In this document: positions 51,394 to 61,733 of the stretch, in pieces
How positions within the stretch are numbered: the stretch's first letter is position 1
How the letters are laid out: every line of letters starts with the position of its first letter
Assembly: GCA_963777035.1 (NCBI GenBank)
Contig: CAVZPJ010000002.1
Span: forward strand, 194,418 to 258,417
Reading direction: 5' to 3'
DNA: 64,000 nucleotides
From: an uncultured Acidobacteriaceae bacterium
Lineage (GTDB): Bacteria > Acidobacteriota > Terriglobia > Terriglobales > Acidobacteriaceae
Notes under the pieces: model-generated
The model's database searches: none
What the model was told of the DNA's origin: nothing
The model's input: only the letters and a program-made list of their open reading frames with translations
Program-made: the position numbers and the translations under genes

Positions 51394-53769
51394 GTGCGCC
51401 GTTTTGCAGTTGCGGTTTTCGCTGGAATTTTCGTTTTACCCTGGCTCGGCTTGTTGCCGCCCGCAGTAGCCCAGTCTCCAACCCCTACAGCACCTGACAG
51501 TACTGCAACCAAGAGTTCACCGGCTAAGAGTACGACCGCACAAAACACGCCGGCAAAAAACACCCCAAAAAGTGCGACGGCAACCGCGACGAAAAAGAAG
51601 AAGCCTGTTGTCTCGACCACGAGCAGCAAGAAGCGCAAGCCCATCTCTCCCCGGGTGCGGCGCGTGCGACAGGCCTTTGTTGCGTCCGCCAGTCTTCGTC
51701 CCATGGCGCAGCAGTTATTGCAAGACCGCACTCCGACTGCCTATGCCGGAGTCGAGGCCTATGCTCGCCGTCACCCCAAAGAAGATGCCGGAGCCCTGGC
51801 CTGGCTAGTCATTGGTTACGCGCACACGCTCGACCACGACTATGGCAAAGCGATCGACCCGCTCAACCGAGCCAAGGCCGGAGCCAGTGAACTGGGGGAC
51901 TACGTTACCTATTACCTGGGTACTTCCTATATGAACACTGCGCACAATGCCGAGGCGCTGGCCACGCTCGCCGACTTCAGCAAGAGCTTTCCCGATTCAC
52001 TTCTGATCCGTGATGCCCACCTCGCCTATGCCAATGCGTTGCTTGAGGAAGGTCGCGCGCCAGAAGCGGCGGCTCTGCTCGAGAAAGATCGCGCTCCCAT
52101 CCGCAGCGATATTGAACTGGCAATCGGCCGCGCCTATGAGGCAGCCGGCGACAATCAGAAGGCCGCAAGCGCCTTCCGAAATCTTTATTTCAATCTGCCC
52201 ACCAGTTTCGAGGCTGACGTGGCGGGGACGGAATTGGGCAAGCTCGGAATCGCAGGCTCCCTGGCCGAGCGCCGAACCCGCGCGGATCTGCTGCTCAAAG
52301 CTAAACATTACAGCGACGCAGCGCACGATTACCGCGAACTCCTGAACGCCAATAACAATGAAGGCCAACTCGCTCCTGCGGAGCGCCCGACAGTGCAGTT
52401 GGCGCTGGCGTCGGCGCTCGAAAAAACGAATGACAAAGAAGCTCGCCGGATTTTGACCTCCATGGGGTCGCAAACGGGCGACGCCGAAGCCGAGCGCCTC
52501 TACCTGCTGAGTGAGACGGCGCGATCGAGCAGCGACGAGGAGGCGGTGCAACGCAATCTGAATCAACTGAGGCAGTTTGGTCCTTCCAGCCCGTGGCTCG
52601 AACAAGCCTTGCTCTCAGCCGGAAACATGTACCTGCTGAAGCGCGACTATGATCACGCCATCGACTACTTTCGTGAGCTGCAGGAGCGTTTTCCGAACGG
52701 CGCGCGAGCGCCCTATGCCCACTGGAAGGCCGCATGGCTGAACTTCCGGCAGGGTCGCACCGATGACGCGCGGAAAGGTTTCGAAAACCAGATCGCGCTC
52801 TATCCTGATTCCGCGGAAATTCCTAACGCTTTGTACTGGCGCGCCCGTCTCGCCGAAGAAGAGGGAAATACGGCGATGGCCCGCGCGTTTTATCAGAAGC
52901 TCTCCGAGCGCTTTCGCAACTATTACTACGCGGAGTTCGGGCGCCAGCGCCTGAAGGCCTTACCTGCTGCCCCCAAGGAAGATCCGCTCCACTACGCTCT
53001 GCTGGATCGTGTTGCGCCGCTCTCAAGCGCCGGGAAAATTACTGCCAGTGATCCTCCCGACGACAACCTGCGGGTCGCCCGAGCGCGTCTGCTCTCGAAT
53101 GGGGGCCTGGCAGATATGGCAGTACGCGAGTTGCAAGCCGCCGCCAGCCAGGTGGACGGAACCTGGGCGCCGCCGGAGATGGCTCGCGTTTATCAGGATG
53201 GCGGGCGCTACGATCGCGGCATCCAGATCATGAAGCGCACCACCCCCAACTATTTCGCCGTCGACCTTCCGGACCTGCCGCGTCCCTACTGGGAGGCGCT
53301 TTTTCCCAAGGCGTACTGGACCGATCTGCGCAAATATTCGGTGCTCAACGGGCTTGATCCTTACCTGGTGGCGTCGCTGATCAGGCAGGAGTCCGAATTC
53401 AACGCGCAGGCTCTTTCCCGGGCCAATGCGGTAGGCCTGATGCAGTTGCTGCCAAAAACCGGAAAGACGGTCGCCAAGCAAGTCAAACTTAAGGGATATA
53501 ACGCGCCGCAACTGTTCACGCCAGCGGTAAACCTGGAACTCGGCACCCGCTACTTCAAAGAAATGGTCGACAAGTACAACGGACAATTCGAGTATGCACT
53601 GGCCGCTTATAACGCTGGTACCGACCGCGTAGGCGACTGGCTGGGTCAAGGTCATTACCGCGATCCGCAGGAGTTCGTAGAATCCATCCCCTTCACCGAG
53701 ACTCGGGAATATGTGCAAGCCATCCTGCGGAACGCGAATGTTTACCGGCAGCTTTATGGGACGCCGTAG
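51394..53769 (+). CDS. slt: Soluble lytic murein transglycosylase (Slt70-like: superhelical TPR-like N-domain + SLT domain)
   Basis: Has a signal peptide. The SLT motif reads LIRQESEFNAQALSRANAVGLMQLLP...YNAG. Confidence 0.8.
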   Translation: MRRFAVAVFAGIFVLPWLGLLPPAVAQSPTPTAPDSTATKSSPAKSTTAQNTPAKNTPKSATATATKKKKPVVSTTSSKKRKPISPRVRRVRQAFVASASLRPMAQQLLQDRTPTAYAGVEAYARRHPKEDAGALAWLVIGYAHTLDHDYGKAIDPLNRAKAGASELGDYVTYYLGTSYMNTAHNAEALATLADFSKSFPDSLLIRDAHLAYANALLEEGRAPEAAALLEKDRAPIRSDIELAIGRAYEAAGDNQKAASAFRNLYFNLPTSFEADVAGTELGKLGIAGSLAERRTRADLLLKAKHYSDAAHDYRELLNANNNEGQLAPAERPTVQLALASALEKTNDKEARRILTSMGSQTGDAEAERLYLLSETARSSSDEEAVQRNLNQLRQFGPSSPWLEQALLSAGNMYLLKRDYDHAIDYFRELQERFPNGARAPYAHWKAAWLNFRQGRTDDARKGFENQIALYPDSAEIPNALYWRARLAEEEGNTAMARAFYQKLSERFRNYYYAEFGRQRLKALPAAPKEDPLHYALLDRVAPLSSAGKITASDPPDDNLRVARARLLSNGGLADMAVRELQAAASQVDGTWAPPEMARVYQDGGRYDRGIQIMKRTTPNYFAVDLPDLPRPYWEALFPKAYWTDLRKYSVLNGLDPYLVASLIRQESEFNAQALSRANAVGLMQLLPKTGKTVAKQVKLKGYNAPQLFTPAVNLELGTRYFKEMVDKYNGQFEYALAAYNAGTDRVGDWLGQGHYRDPQEFVESIPFTETREYVQAILRNANVYRQLYGTP

Positions 53770-53802
53770 GGCAGAACACGAGATTCGTGTCACACTATAT
53801 TC

Positions 53803-54057
53803 GTGTCAACCAATCGTCGTTTGCGCAATGTGACCGTCACCCTGGAAGAAGACGTGGCCCGGTGGGCCCGGATCGAAGCCGCGCGCCACGACACCAGCGT
53901 TTCGCGGTTGTTGGGGGCGATTCCTAAGGACCGCATCACGGCTCAGCGCGGTCCCGCAGCGGAGGCGGCCGAGCGGTTGGCCAGTTTCGGCCAGCGTCAC
54001 AAACTCTCTTTGCGCGGGCTCAAAATTAAAGACTTGATTAACGAAGGCCGCGGGTGA
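53803..54057 (+). CDS. Ribbon-helix-helix antitoxin (VapB-like)
   Basis: GTG start, with NVTVTLEEDVARWARIEAARHDTSVSRLL. Its stop overlaps a GTG (GTGA) that opens the PIN-domain frame. Confidence 0.6.
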   Translation: MSTNRRLRNVTVTLEEDVARWARIEAARHDTSVSRLLGAIPKDRITAQRGPAAEAAERLASFGQRHKLSLRGLKIKDLINEGRG

Positions 54058-54508
54058 GCCGGTTTGTCCTCGATGCCTCCTCGTGGTGGCCTGGTGTTTT
54101 CCCGATGAGAATGACTCCCTCTCGCAGCATGTCGCGGACATGTTCAAGCGTGGCGATACCGCAGTTGCGCCCGCATTCTGGCCGCATGAGGTTCTGAACG
54201 CCCTGCTGGGTGGAGAGAAACGCAAGGGGATTTCCAAAGAGTTGGTGCGAAGGTTCCTCGACGACCTGGCAACACTCCCCGTCGTGCTGCAACAGTTTCC
54301 AACTGGAGTTGTTTTTGGCTGGATTCAAAGCCTCAACCGCGAGCACGGCTTGACCGCATACGATGCAGCTTACCTCGATCTGGCTCTGGATAGCGGCTTT
54401 CCTCTCGCTACCCTGGACGAGGCCTTGGCGCAGGCGTCGAAGAAGGCGCGTGTCCGACTAGTGCGGGCCGGTACCCAGAAGCTCGGCGAAACGCGCTCTA
54501 CAGTTTGA
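54054..54508 (+). pseudogene. vapC: PIN-domain VapC toxin with a frameshift after about codon 9
   Basis: Frame a from GTG 54054 reads VSRFVLDAS(S), which holds the first PIN acidic residue. The rest of the domain (VVAWCFPDEND...LTAYDAAYLDLA...PLATLDE) is in ORF 54083..54508, offset by one nucleotide. Confidence 0.65.
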
Positions 54509-54559
54509 TGAAAAACCCGCTTATCGCTGCCCAGCCCCTAAAGGAGTGTGCGTGATAAC

Positions 54560-54640
54560 GCGTGCCGTCCCTGCGGGACTCGCTGCGCTGTCCCAACTTA
54601 CCCCGCACTTACGTGCGGGGCTATCACATGCCGTCCCTGT
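54560..54640. repeat. REP-like hairpin cluster (gtccc-tgc-gggac, ccccgcac-ttac-gtgcgggg, gtccc-tgtc-gggac)
   Basis: Read directly. gccgtccctg(c/tc)gggac occurs twice, flanking an 8-bp perfect hairpin. Confidence 0.75.
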
Positions 54641-54786
54641 CGGGACTGGAATGCGGCGGTTGCATGCCACGTCTTCGCCCAAAATTGGGTTCTCGCGCAA
54701 ACTCTAAAGGGCATTGGAAGGCAGAGGACTTGCGGTATCGCCGAAGTGATACCCTGATACGAAACTCTAGTTTTTCAGCAAACGCT

Positions 54787-55272
54787 TTACGCAGATTGCT
54801 GGCTCGGCGACTTGGTGAACACGATCTCAATCACCAGCAACCCCGCTCCCACCACAATCGCGCTGTCGGCGACATTAAATGCGGGCCACTGATGGGGACC
54901 GATATAGAAGAGAAGAAAATCCACCACATGCCGGCTGACCAGGCGGTCCCACAAATTACCGATTGCGCCGCCTAAAATCAGTGACAGCCCAACCCCCGTC
55001 GTGGTCAGGCTGTGGCTGTTTTTCCAGAGCAGTGCGGAGACGATCAGCAGGGCAATAATAGAAAACCCGATCAGCATTCCGACCTTCCATTCCGAAGGAG
55101 AGTCCGCAAAAATGCCAAATGCGGCTCCCGGGTTTTCGGCGTGGATGATGCGGAAAAATCCCGGAATCACCGGAATGCTGTCATGCAGGGAGAGACGGCG
55201 TGCGATCATCCACTTGGTGACGCGATCGAGAGCGACAACGAACAACGCGATCAGAAAAAAATATTTGCGCAT
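54787..55272 (-). CDS. lspA: Lipoprotein signal peptidase II
   Basis: Contains LDRVTKW, NPGAAFG, GGAIGNLWDR and FNVADSAI motifs. It lies directly downstream of ileS. ATG 55272 is preferred. Confidence 0.85.
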   Translation of the reverse strand: MRKYFFLIALFVVALDRVTKWMIARRLSLHDSIPVIPGFFRIIHAENPGAAFGIFADSPSEWKVGMLIGFSIIALLIVSALLWKNSHSLTTTGVGLSLILGGAIGNLWDRLVSRHVVDFLLFYIGPHQWPAFNVADSAIVVGAGLLVIEIVFTKSPSQQSA

Positions 55273-55320
55273 GACTCCAGAATTGTCAGCTATAGCGTAT
55301 CGCATTTGCGGCAGGCGGGA

Positions 55321-58185
55321 TCACGCGCCTTGAATTTCTTTCAGCACGGCGCTGCAGCGCTCGCAAACGGTGGGATAGTTGTTGTCCTCGCCCACGTGGA
55401 TCGAGTAATTCCAGCAGCGCTCGCATTTAGTGCCGTCTGCTTTCCTGACCTCTATCTGCAAACTGCCAGTCCCTTCGGTGAGAGTGACAGCCGAGACAAT
55501 AAACAGGTAGCGCAGTTGCGCCGCGTACCGTTGCAGCAGGGCATACAGCGGAGCCGGCGCCGCGATCGATACTTTGGCTTCGAGACCCGTGCCGATCAGT
55601 TTGTTATTGCGCGCCTCTTCAAGTTTCTTGAGAACTTCGTCGCGCAGAGAACGCAACTCGCTCCAATCGTGCCGCAGCGCCTCTCCAGTCGCGTCACCGT
55701 CCGTGGAGTGAACGCCGACGATGTCCTCGTCCCGGGGAAAGGTGGCGAGATGCACGCTCTCTTCGCGGCCCGCGAGCACTGGCAGATACTGCCAGATTTC
55801 TTCGCATGTAAAAGTCATGATTGGAGCCAGTAGCCGCACCAGCGCCTCTCCAATCTTCCAGATCGCCGTCTGGGCGCTGCGGCGGCCTTGCGACTTCGGA
55901 GCCGAGATATAGAGCCGGTCTTTGAGCACATCAAAATAAAACGCGCTCAAGTCCACGATGCAGAAATGGTTCACGCGGTGATAGATCTTGTGGAAGGCGA
56001 ACTCGTCATACCCGTCTCGCACGTCGGTCGCGAAAGCGCGCGTCTGGTCGAGCATGTATCGGTCCAGTTCCTCCATCTTCTCGAATGGCACCGCGTCCTT
56101 CACCGGATCGAAATCGTAGAGATTGCTCAAAATGTAGCGAAAGGTGTTGCGAATCTTCTTATAGTTTTCGCCCAGACGCTGCATCAGCGCTTCCGAGCCG
56201 ACCACATCTTCACGGAAGTCGACCGACGACGTCCACAGGCGCACGATCTCCCCGCCAAGTCGGCTGGCAATGTCCACTGGATCCACGTCGTTGCCCCGGG
56301 ACTTCGACATGGCCTGGCCTTTGTCGTCGAGCGTCCACCCAGGAGTAACCACTCCACGATAAGGCGGGCTGGCGTGCGTGCCCATGGCGCAAAGAAGCGA
56401 TGACTGAAACCAACCGCGATATTGATCTCCGCCTTCAAGATAGAGATCAGAAGGCCAGGGATAACGATAATCGGGTTCGTCAGCGATTAAGGCGAGATAG
56501 CTCGCCCCAGATTCCAGCCAGACGTCGAAGATATCCGTCTCTTTTTCGAACTTTGTGCCACCGCAATGGGGACATTTCGTCCCGGTGGGAACGATCGTGT
56601 CGGGTTCAGAGGTAAACCAGGCATCCGCTCCCGAACGCGCAAACAGTTCGACGACTCTGCGATTGATCGTGTGATCGTTGAGCGGCTTGCCGCAACCCTC
56701 ACACAGAAAGACCGCGATCGGCACGCCCCAAACGCGCTGCCGCGAGATGCACCAGTCGGGCCGGGTCTGAATCATATTAGAGAGACGCTCTTCACCCCAC
56801 GCTGGATCCCATTTGACGTGCTTGATCTCGGCGAGCGTGCGCGTGCGCAGCGTCTCATTTTCTGAACCTCGCCCCCGTTCCGGATCTCGCCCCCGTCCGC
56901 TGCCGGGCATCGGCGTTTCCATAGAAATAAACCACTGCTCGGTGGCGCGGAAGATCACAGGATTGTGGCAACGCCAGCAATGAGGATACGAGTGCACAGT
57001 CTTTTCTGTGTGCAGCAGGGCGCCGCGGCTCTTGACCAGGTCTATGATCGGCTGGTTGGCGTCCCACACCCGTTTGCCGGTGTATTCCGGCAGGCCATTG
57101 CGCAGGATGCCTTTTTCGTCGACGTTGCTGGTGGCATCAAGGCCGTACTTGACTCCGGTCAAGAAATCTTCCGCGCCGTGTGACGGAGCGGTGTGGACGA
57201 CGCCGGTTCCAGTGTCCATGGTGACGTAGTCAGCGAGTACGCCGAGAACTTTACGGTCGAGAAACGGATGCTGAAAGTTGAGGTGCTCGATCTTGCGGCC
57301 GGGGAAGTGAGCGAGTTCGCGAGGATCGGCTAGTCCGCACTTAGCGGCAGCGTCTTGAGCAAGTTTCGAGGCCACAATGTAGACCTCGCCGCCAGATTCC
57401 AGAGCGACATAGTTTTCGTCGGGATGAAATGCCACGGCCATAGAGGCGGGCAATGTCCAGGGGGTAGTCGTCCAGATAATGGTGAAAACCTTCTTGCCGG
57501 CGAGAGCGGGATCGACGCCGGCCGGATCATCAAGCAGCGCGTATTTAACCCAGACCGTCGAACTAGTATGGTCTTCGTATTCGACTTCGGCCTCGGCAAG
57601 CGCGGTCTCGTCGTGCATGCACCAATAAACGGCGCGCAGTCCCTTATAGACGAACCCATTCTCATAGAAAGAGAAAAATGTTGAGAGCACCACCGACTCA
57701 TACTGCGGGTTCATGGTGGCGTAGGGCTTGTCAAAGCGGCCGAAGACGCCGATGCGCTTGAATTGCTGGCGCTGCAGATCAAGAAATTTCTGCGCATACT
57801 TGCGGCACTCGGCGCGAACGTCCAAAGGCCGCATCTGGAGCTTCTTGCCACCCAGTTCTTTGTCGACCTTGATTTCAATCGGCAGGCCGTGGCAGTCCCA
57901 GCCCGGCACGTAAGGCGCGTCGAAGCCCGACATATTTTTCGCCTTGACGATGAAATCCTTGAGACACTTGTTCATCGCCGTCCCCAGGTGGATGGGTCCG
58001 CTGGTATAGGGTGGGCCGTCGTGCAGGATGTATTTCGTCCTGCCCTTACGGGCCTCGCGGATGCGCTCGTAGATCCGCATCTGTTCCCAGCGCTCCAGCA
58101 TTTTGGGCTCATTCTGGGGCAGCCCTGCCTTCATGGGGAAGCCGGTTTTGGGCAAATTGATGGTGGATTTCAGGTCCATCGGCAC
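55321..58185 (-). CDS. ileS: Isoleucine--tRNA ligase (class Ia, with C-terminal zinc finger)
   Basis: Contains the HIGH-type motif PYTSGPIHLGTA, KMSKSRGN, and C-terminal CERCW..CERC. Length is 954 aa. Confidence 0.95.
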   Translation of the reverse strand: MPMDLKSTINLPKTGFPMKAGLPQNEPKMLERWEQMRIYERIREARKGRTKYILHDGPPYTSGPIHLGTAMNKCLKDFIVKAKNMSGFDAPYVPGWDCHGLPIEIKVDKELGGKKLQMRPLDVRAECRKYAQKFLDLQRQQFKRIGVFGRFDKPYATMNPQYESVVLSTFFSFYENGFVYKGLRAVYWCMHDETALAEAEVEYEDHTSSTVWVKYALLDDPAGVDPALAGKKVFTIIWTTTPWTLPASMAVAFHPDENYVALESGGEVYIVASKLAQDAAAKCGLADPRELAHFPGRKIEHLNFQHPFLDRKVLGVLADYVTMDTGTGVVHTAPSHGAEDFLTGVKYGLDATSNVDEKGILRNGLPEYTGKRVWDANQPIIDLVKSRGALLHTEKTVHSYPHCWRCHNPVIFRATEQWFISMETPMPGSGRGRDPERGRGSENETLRTRTLAEIKHVKWDPAWGEERLSNMIQTRPDWCISRQRVWGVPIAVFLCEGCGKPLNDHTINRRVVELFARSGADAWFTSEPDTIVPTGTKCPHCGGTKFEKETDIFDVWLESGASYLALIADEPDYRYPWPSDLYLEGGDQYRGWFQSSLLCAMGTHASPPYRGVVTPGWTLDDKGQAMSKSRGNDVDPVDIASRLGGEIVRLWTSSVDFREDVVGSEALMQRLGENYKKIRNTFRYILSNLYDFDPVKDAVPFEKMEELDRYMLDQTRAFATDVRDGYDEFAFHKIYHRVNHFCIVDLSAFYFDVLKDRLYISAPKSQGRRSAQTAIWKIGEALVRLLAPIMTFTCEEIWQYLPVLAGREESVHLATFPRDEDIVGVHSTDGDATGEALRHDWSELRSLRDEVLKKLEEARNNKLIGTGLEAKVSIAAPAPLYALLQRYAAQLRYLFIVSAVTLTEGTGSLQIEVRKADGTKCERCWNYSIHVGEDNNYPTVCERCSAVLKEIQGA

Positions 58186-58479
58186 TCGAAGAGTTCTCCC
58201 AACTGATTGAATCTTTTCATTATATAGGGAGCACGAAAAGACGATGGCTATCGGCGCGGCTTCCCGCGAAGGAATTCTAAAAGTACTGTTTACCCGGCGC
58301 GGAAAGCGTGTACAATTTTTAGCAGATCGAAGCCTGCTCGCATCTAACTGACTGGGAATATGGGGACGGTCGGGTTCGTCCGTTTCGCCAGCAAACTTTT
58401 TGCAAGCTTTAAGGAGCGCTGAGGCATCTAAATCGGCGGCTCCCGGTATCGTAGGTGTAGCGATCGTTCTCGGGACAAT

Positions 58480-59469
58480 ATGCCAGAATTAGAAACACCG
58501 CAGAATCCGACGAGTCCAGAACCGGAACTGCATCTTCTCCTGACGAATCAGACTCTGGACGAGCCGATATGGAGATCACTGTTCCGCAATATTGACGAGT
58601 TCTTCTTTCCCAAAAAACTCCCTCCGTTGGTTCTGACCTCGAAGCCCGTTCCGGTACGCGACATCTGGGGTTTTTACGACAACAAAGGAAAAGGTGTTGC
58701 CGGCTCGACTGCCCTCCACGTACTGGCTGTGGCCGCCATCATTTTGGCGACCTACCTGGGAAAGAAAATCGTAGACGTAGCCAAACCGAAACAAACTGTG
58801 CTGCTGATCGCGCCCGATGATCTTCCTGTTCTCCCGGTTTCCAAGAGCGTGAGCGGAGGCGGTGGCGGCGGTGGCGATCGCGATAAACTGCAAGCATCGC
58901 CGGGACGTTTGCCGCAGCAATCCCGGCAACAGATCGTTCCTCCTGCGGCGGTAATTCGTAACCAGGATCCGAAGCTTCCGGAGGTTCCGACCATCGTGGC
59001 CCCCGATTTGCACTTAACCAGCGCGGCGCCCGACCTCGGCGACCCGTTGTCGCATCTTCCATCGGTCGCTTCGAATGGAACGGGATCAGGCAGCGGCATC
59101 GGCTCCGGAAACGGTGGGGGCGTCGGCTCTGGCGAAGGCCCCGGATTTGGGCCCGGACACGGAGGCGGCACCGGCGGCGGAGCGTATCGAGTGGGCGGCG
59201 GTGTTTCCGGCCCCAGACTGACCTATTCCCCCGATCCCGAATATTCTGAGGAAGCCCGGAAGGCGAAGTTTCAGGGTACTTGCGTGCTGTGGGTCGTGGT
59301 CGGCGCGGATGGCAGACCACGGGATATCAAAGTAGCTCGCACGTTGGGATTGGGCCTGGATGAAAAGGCGATCGAAGCCGTGAAAACCTGGCGCTTCGAG
59401 CCGGGCAAGAAAGATGACAAGCCGGTAGCTACGATGATTAACGTAGAAGTCACCTTCCGCTTGTACTGA
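58480..59469 (+). CDS. TonB-family energy transducer
   Basis: Has a TM anchor (ALHVLAVAAIILATYL) and a Pro- and Gly-rich spacer. The C-terminus is TonB_C-like (PDPEYSEEARKAKFQGTCVLWVVVGADGRPRDIKVARTLGLGLDEKAIEAVKTWRFEP). Confidence 0.75.
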   Translation: MPELETPQNPTSPEPELHLLLTNQTLDEPIWRSLFRNIDEFFFPKKLPPLVLTSKPVPVRDIWGFYDNKGKGVAGSTALHVLAVAAIILATYLGKKIVDVAKPKQTVLLIAPDDLPVLPVSKSVSGGGGGGGDRDKLQASPGRLPQQSRQQIVPPAAVIRNQDPKLPEVPTIVAPDLHLTSAAPDLGDPLSHLPSVASNGTGSGSGIGSGNGGGVGSGEGPGFGPGHGGGTGGGAYRVGGGVSGPRLTYSPDPEYSEEARKAKFQGTCVLWVVVGADGRPRDIKVARTLGLGLDEKAIEAVKTWRFEPGKKDDKPVATMINVEVTFRLY

Positions 59470-59500
59470 GTCAGAGAAAGAAAACGCTTTGGGAGCCCAG

Positions 59501-59535
59501 AAGACGGCCGCGCGGTGCGGCCGTCTTTAGTTTTT
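59501..59535 (+). terminator. Rho-independent terminator candidate between convergent genes
   Basis: Perfect 11-bp stem aagacggccgc-gcggt-gcggccgtctt, followed by tagttttt. Confidence 0.75.
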
Positions 59536-59537
59536 CA

Positions 59538-60386
<849 letters not shown>

Positions 60387-60389
60387 AGA

Positions 60390-60533
60390 TCAACCTTCCG
60401 CCGTGGTTGGACCGATCACTGACCGGACCGCAGAGATTCGATTGGCGAGAGACTTCTGAGAGATAGGCCGGAGTTCCTTCGGGATCAATTTTCCGGCATT
60501 TGGAATCTCACGCTCGATCATATATTTCGGCAT
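60390..60533 (-). pseudogene. DUF4242-like remnant (47 codons; apparent in-frame internal deletion)
   Basis: Reads MPKYMIEREIPNAGKLIPKELRPISQKS + ANRISAVRSVIGPTTAEG. As I recall, this matches the N- and C-terminal ends of ~90-aa DUF4242 proteins, with the middle missing. Confidence 0.4.
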
Positions 60534-60629
60534 AGTGCTTCCTGTGACGCGCGGGTGCTGCGAAGTTGAGTTGCAACTGCGAATCCGGATTCTAGCACTG
60601 CCCGAAGCGCGATCGCAGCACATCGGCAT

Positions 60630-61649
60630 TTACCGTAATGTGCTGACCTTCGTTGGCGCCGAGCCGACATCCTCGAACGAAAACGCGATCGAAACGTTTG
60701 GATATTCCTTCCCGCCGATTTCTACATAAGGATAGACAAAATAGTTCAGCGGCGGACCGGCCTGCGCCGGAGTGAGTTTCAGATCACGCCCCTGGGTGAA
60801 CTGCACCCGATTCACATCGTGCGCGCCGAAAAAGTAGTCATGTTTCTCCTGATGCTTCCAGGCCTCCGAAATATCCACGGGAACCCAGCCGATCGAGTCC
60901 AGATAGAACTCGGCCCAGCAGTGGTAGCCGGGAATTTCGGCGGAATGTTTATCGGCGGGAATCGGAAACCCGATCTGAAAGCGCGCTGGAATCTTCTCCG
61001 CCCGCGCCATCGAAATAAATATCGAGTGAAAATCAGTGCAATTGCCATGCTTCGAATCGCAGGCCCAGAGCGTGTCGCCGTGTCCCCAGCCCTCGCCGCT
61101 CTTGTCGTATTTCATGGTGCGAAAGACATATTCGTAAATGTCATGCGTTTTTTCGAGCGGCGTGTTCGCGCCCTTAGTTTCTTGCGCGGCCAGTTGGGCC
61201 GGAAGTCCCGTTACCGGTACGAGCCGGTCCGGCTCCAGAAATCGCGCCAATTCGATGCTTGGCACCTTCGCTGATGGCGCGTCTGAAACTGGCTTTCCAT
61301 TCACCAGCACGACATGTTCTCGCCGCAACACGTCGTAATCCACCGAGAACTTGTACTCGCCCTTGTTCGCTTTCGATAGCTCGGCGTAGAGAACCTCATT
61401 CCCATATTGCTGCTGGCGAACCACTTTCAAAGGCAAATCGCCAGTCTTGGAAATGACCTTCACCTCCTGAAATGCATCGGAATGAGCCAGCGGAATCCAC
61501 ACCCGCACCGTTTCTCCCGGGTTCACGTTTTTCACGGTGAACGCGTAGCGGAAGGTGAAATGGCGCTCCTTTTGGGCAAAAGCCGGCAGGGACGATAAGA
61601 CCAGCAACGAGGTAAGGAGAGGCAACACAAGCAGGGAGCGACGCGGCAT
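60630..61649 (-). CDS. Secreted transglutaminase-like (Cys-His-Asp) domain protein
   Basis: Has a signal peptide. Core motifs are GNCTDFHS (Cys), GYHCWAEFY (His) and WVPVDISE (Asp). Confidence 0.8.
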   Translation of the reverse strand: MPRRSLLVLPLLTSLLVLSSLPAFAQKERHFTFRYAFTVKNVNPGETVRVWIPLAHSDAFQEVKVISKTGDLPLKVVRQQQYGNEVLYAELSKANKGEYKFSVDYDVLRREHVVLVNGKPVSDAPSAKVPSIELARFLEPDRLVPVTGLPAQLAAQETKGANTPLEKTHDIYEYVFRTMKYDKSGEGWGHGDTLWACDSKHGNCTDFHSIFISMARAEKIPARFQIGFPIPADKHSAEIPGYHCWAEFYLDSIGWVPVDISEAWKHQEKHDYFFGAHDVNRVQFTQGRDLKLTPAQAGPPLNYFVYPYVEIGGKEYPNVSIAFSFEDVGSAPTKVSTLR

Positions 61650-61714
61650 GACGCATCCTTTCGTTTTTCGGCCAAATCATTGTCGGTGAGAAATGCTTAT
61701 TATGCCGGAACAGG

Positions 61715-61733
61715 GAAACGTCCGGCGGACGTT
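61715..61733. promoter_or_regulatory. Perfect 9+1+9 palindrome, candidate operator upstream of the transglutaminase-like gene
   Basis: Reads aaacgtccg-g-cggacgttt and lies 66-84 bp upstream of ATG 61649 (minus strand). Confidence 0.35.
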
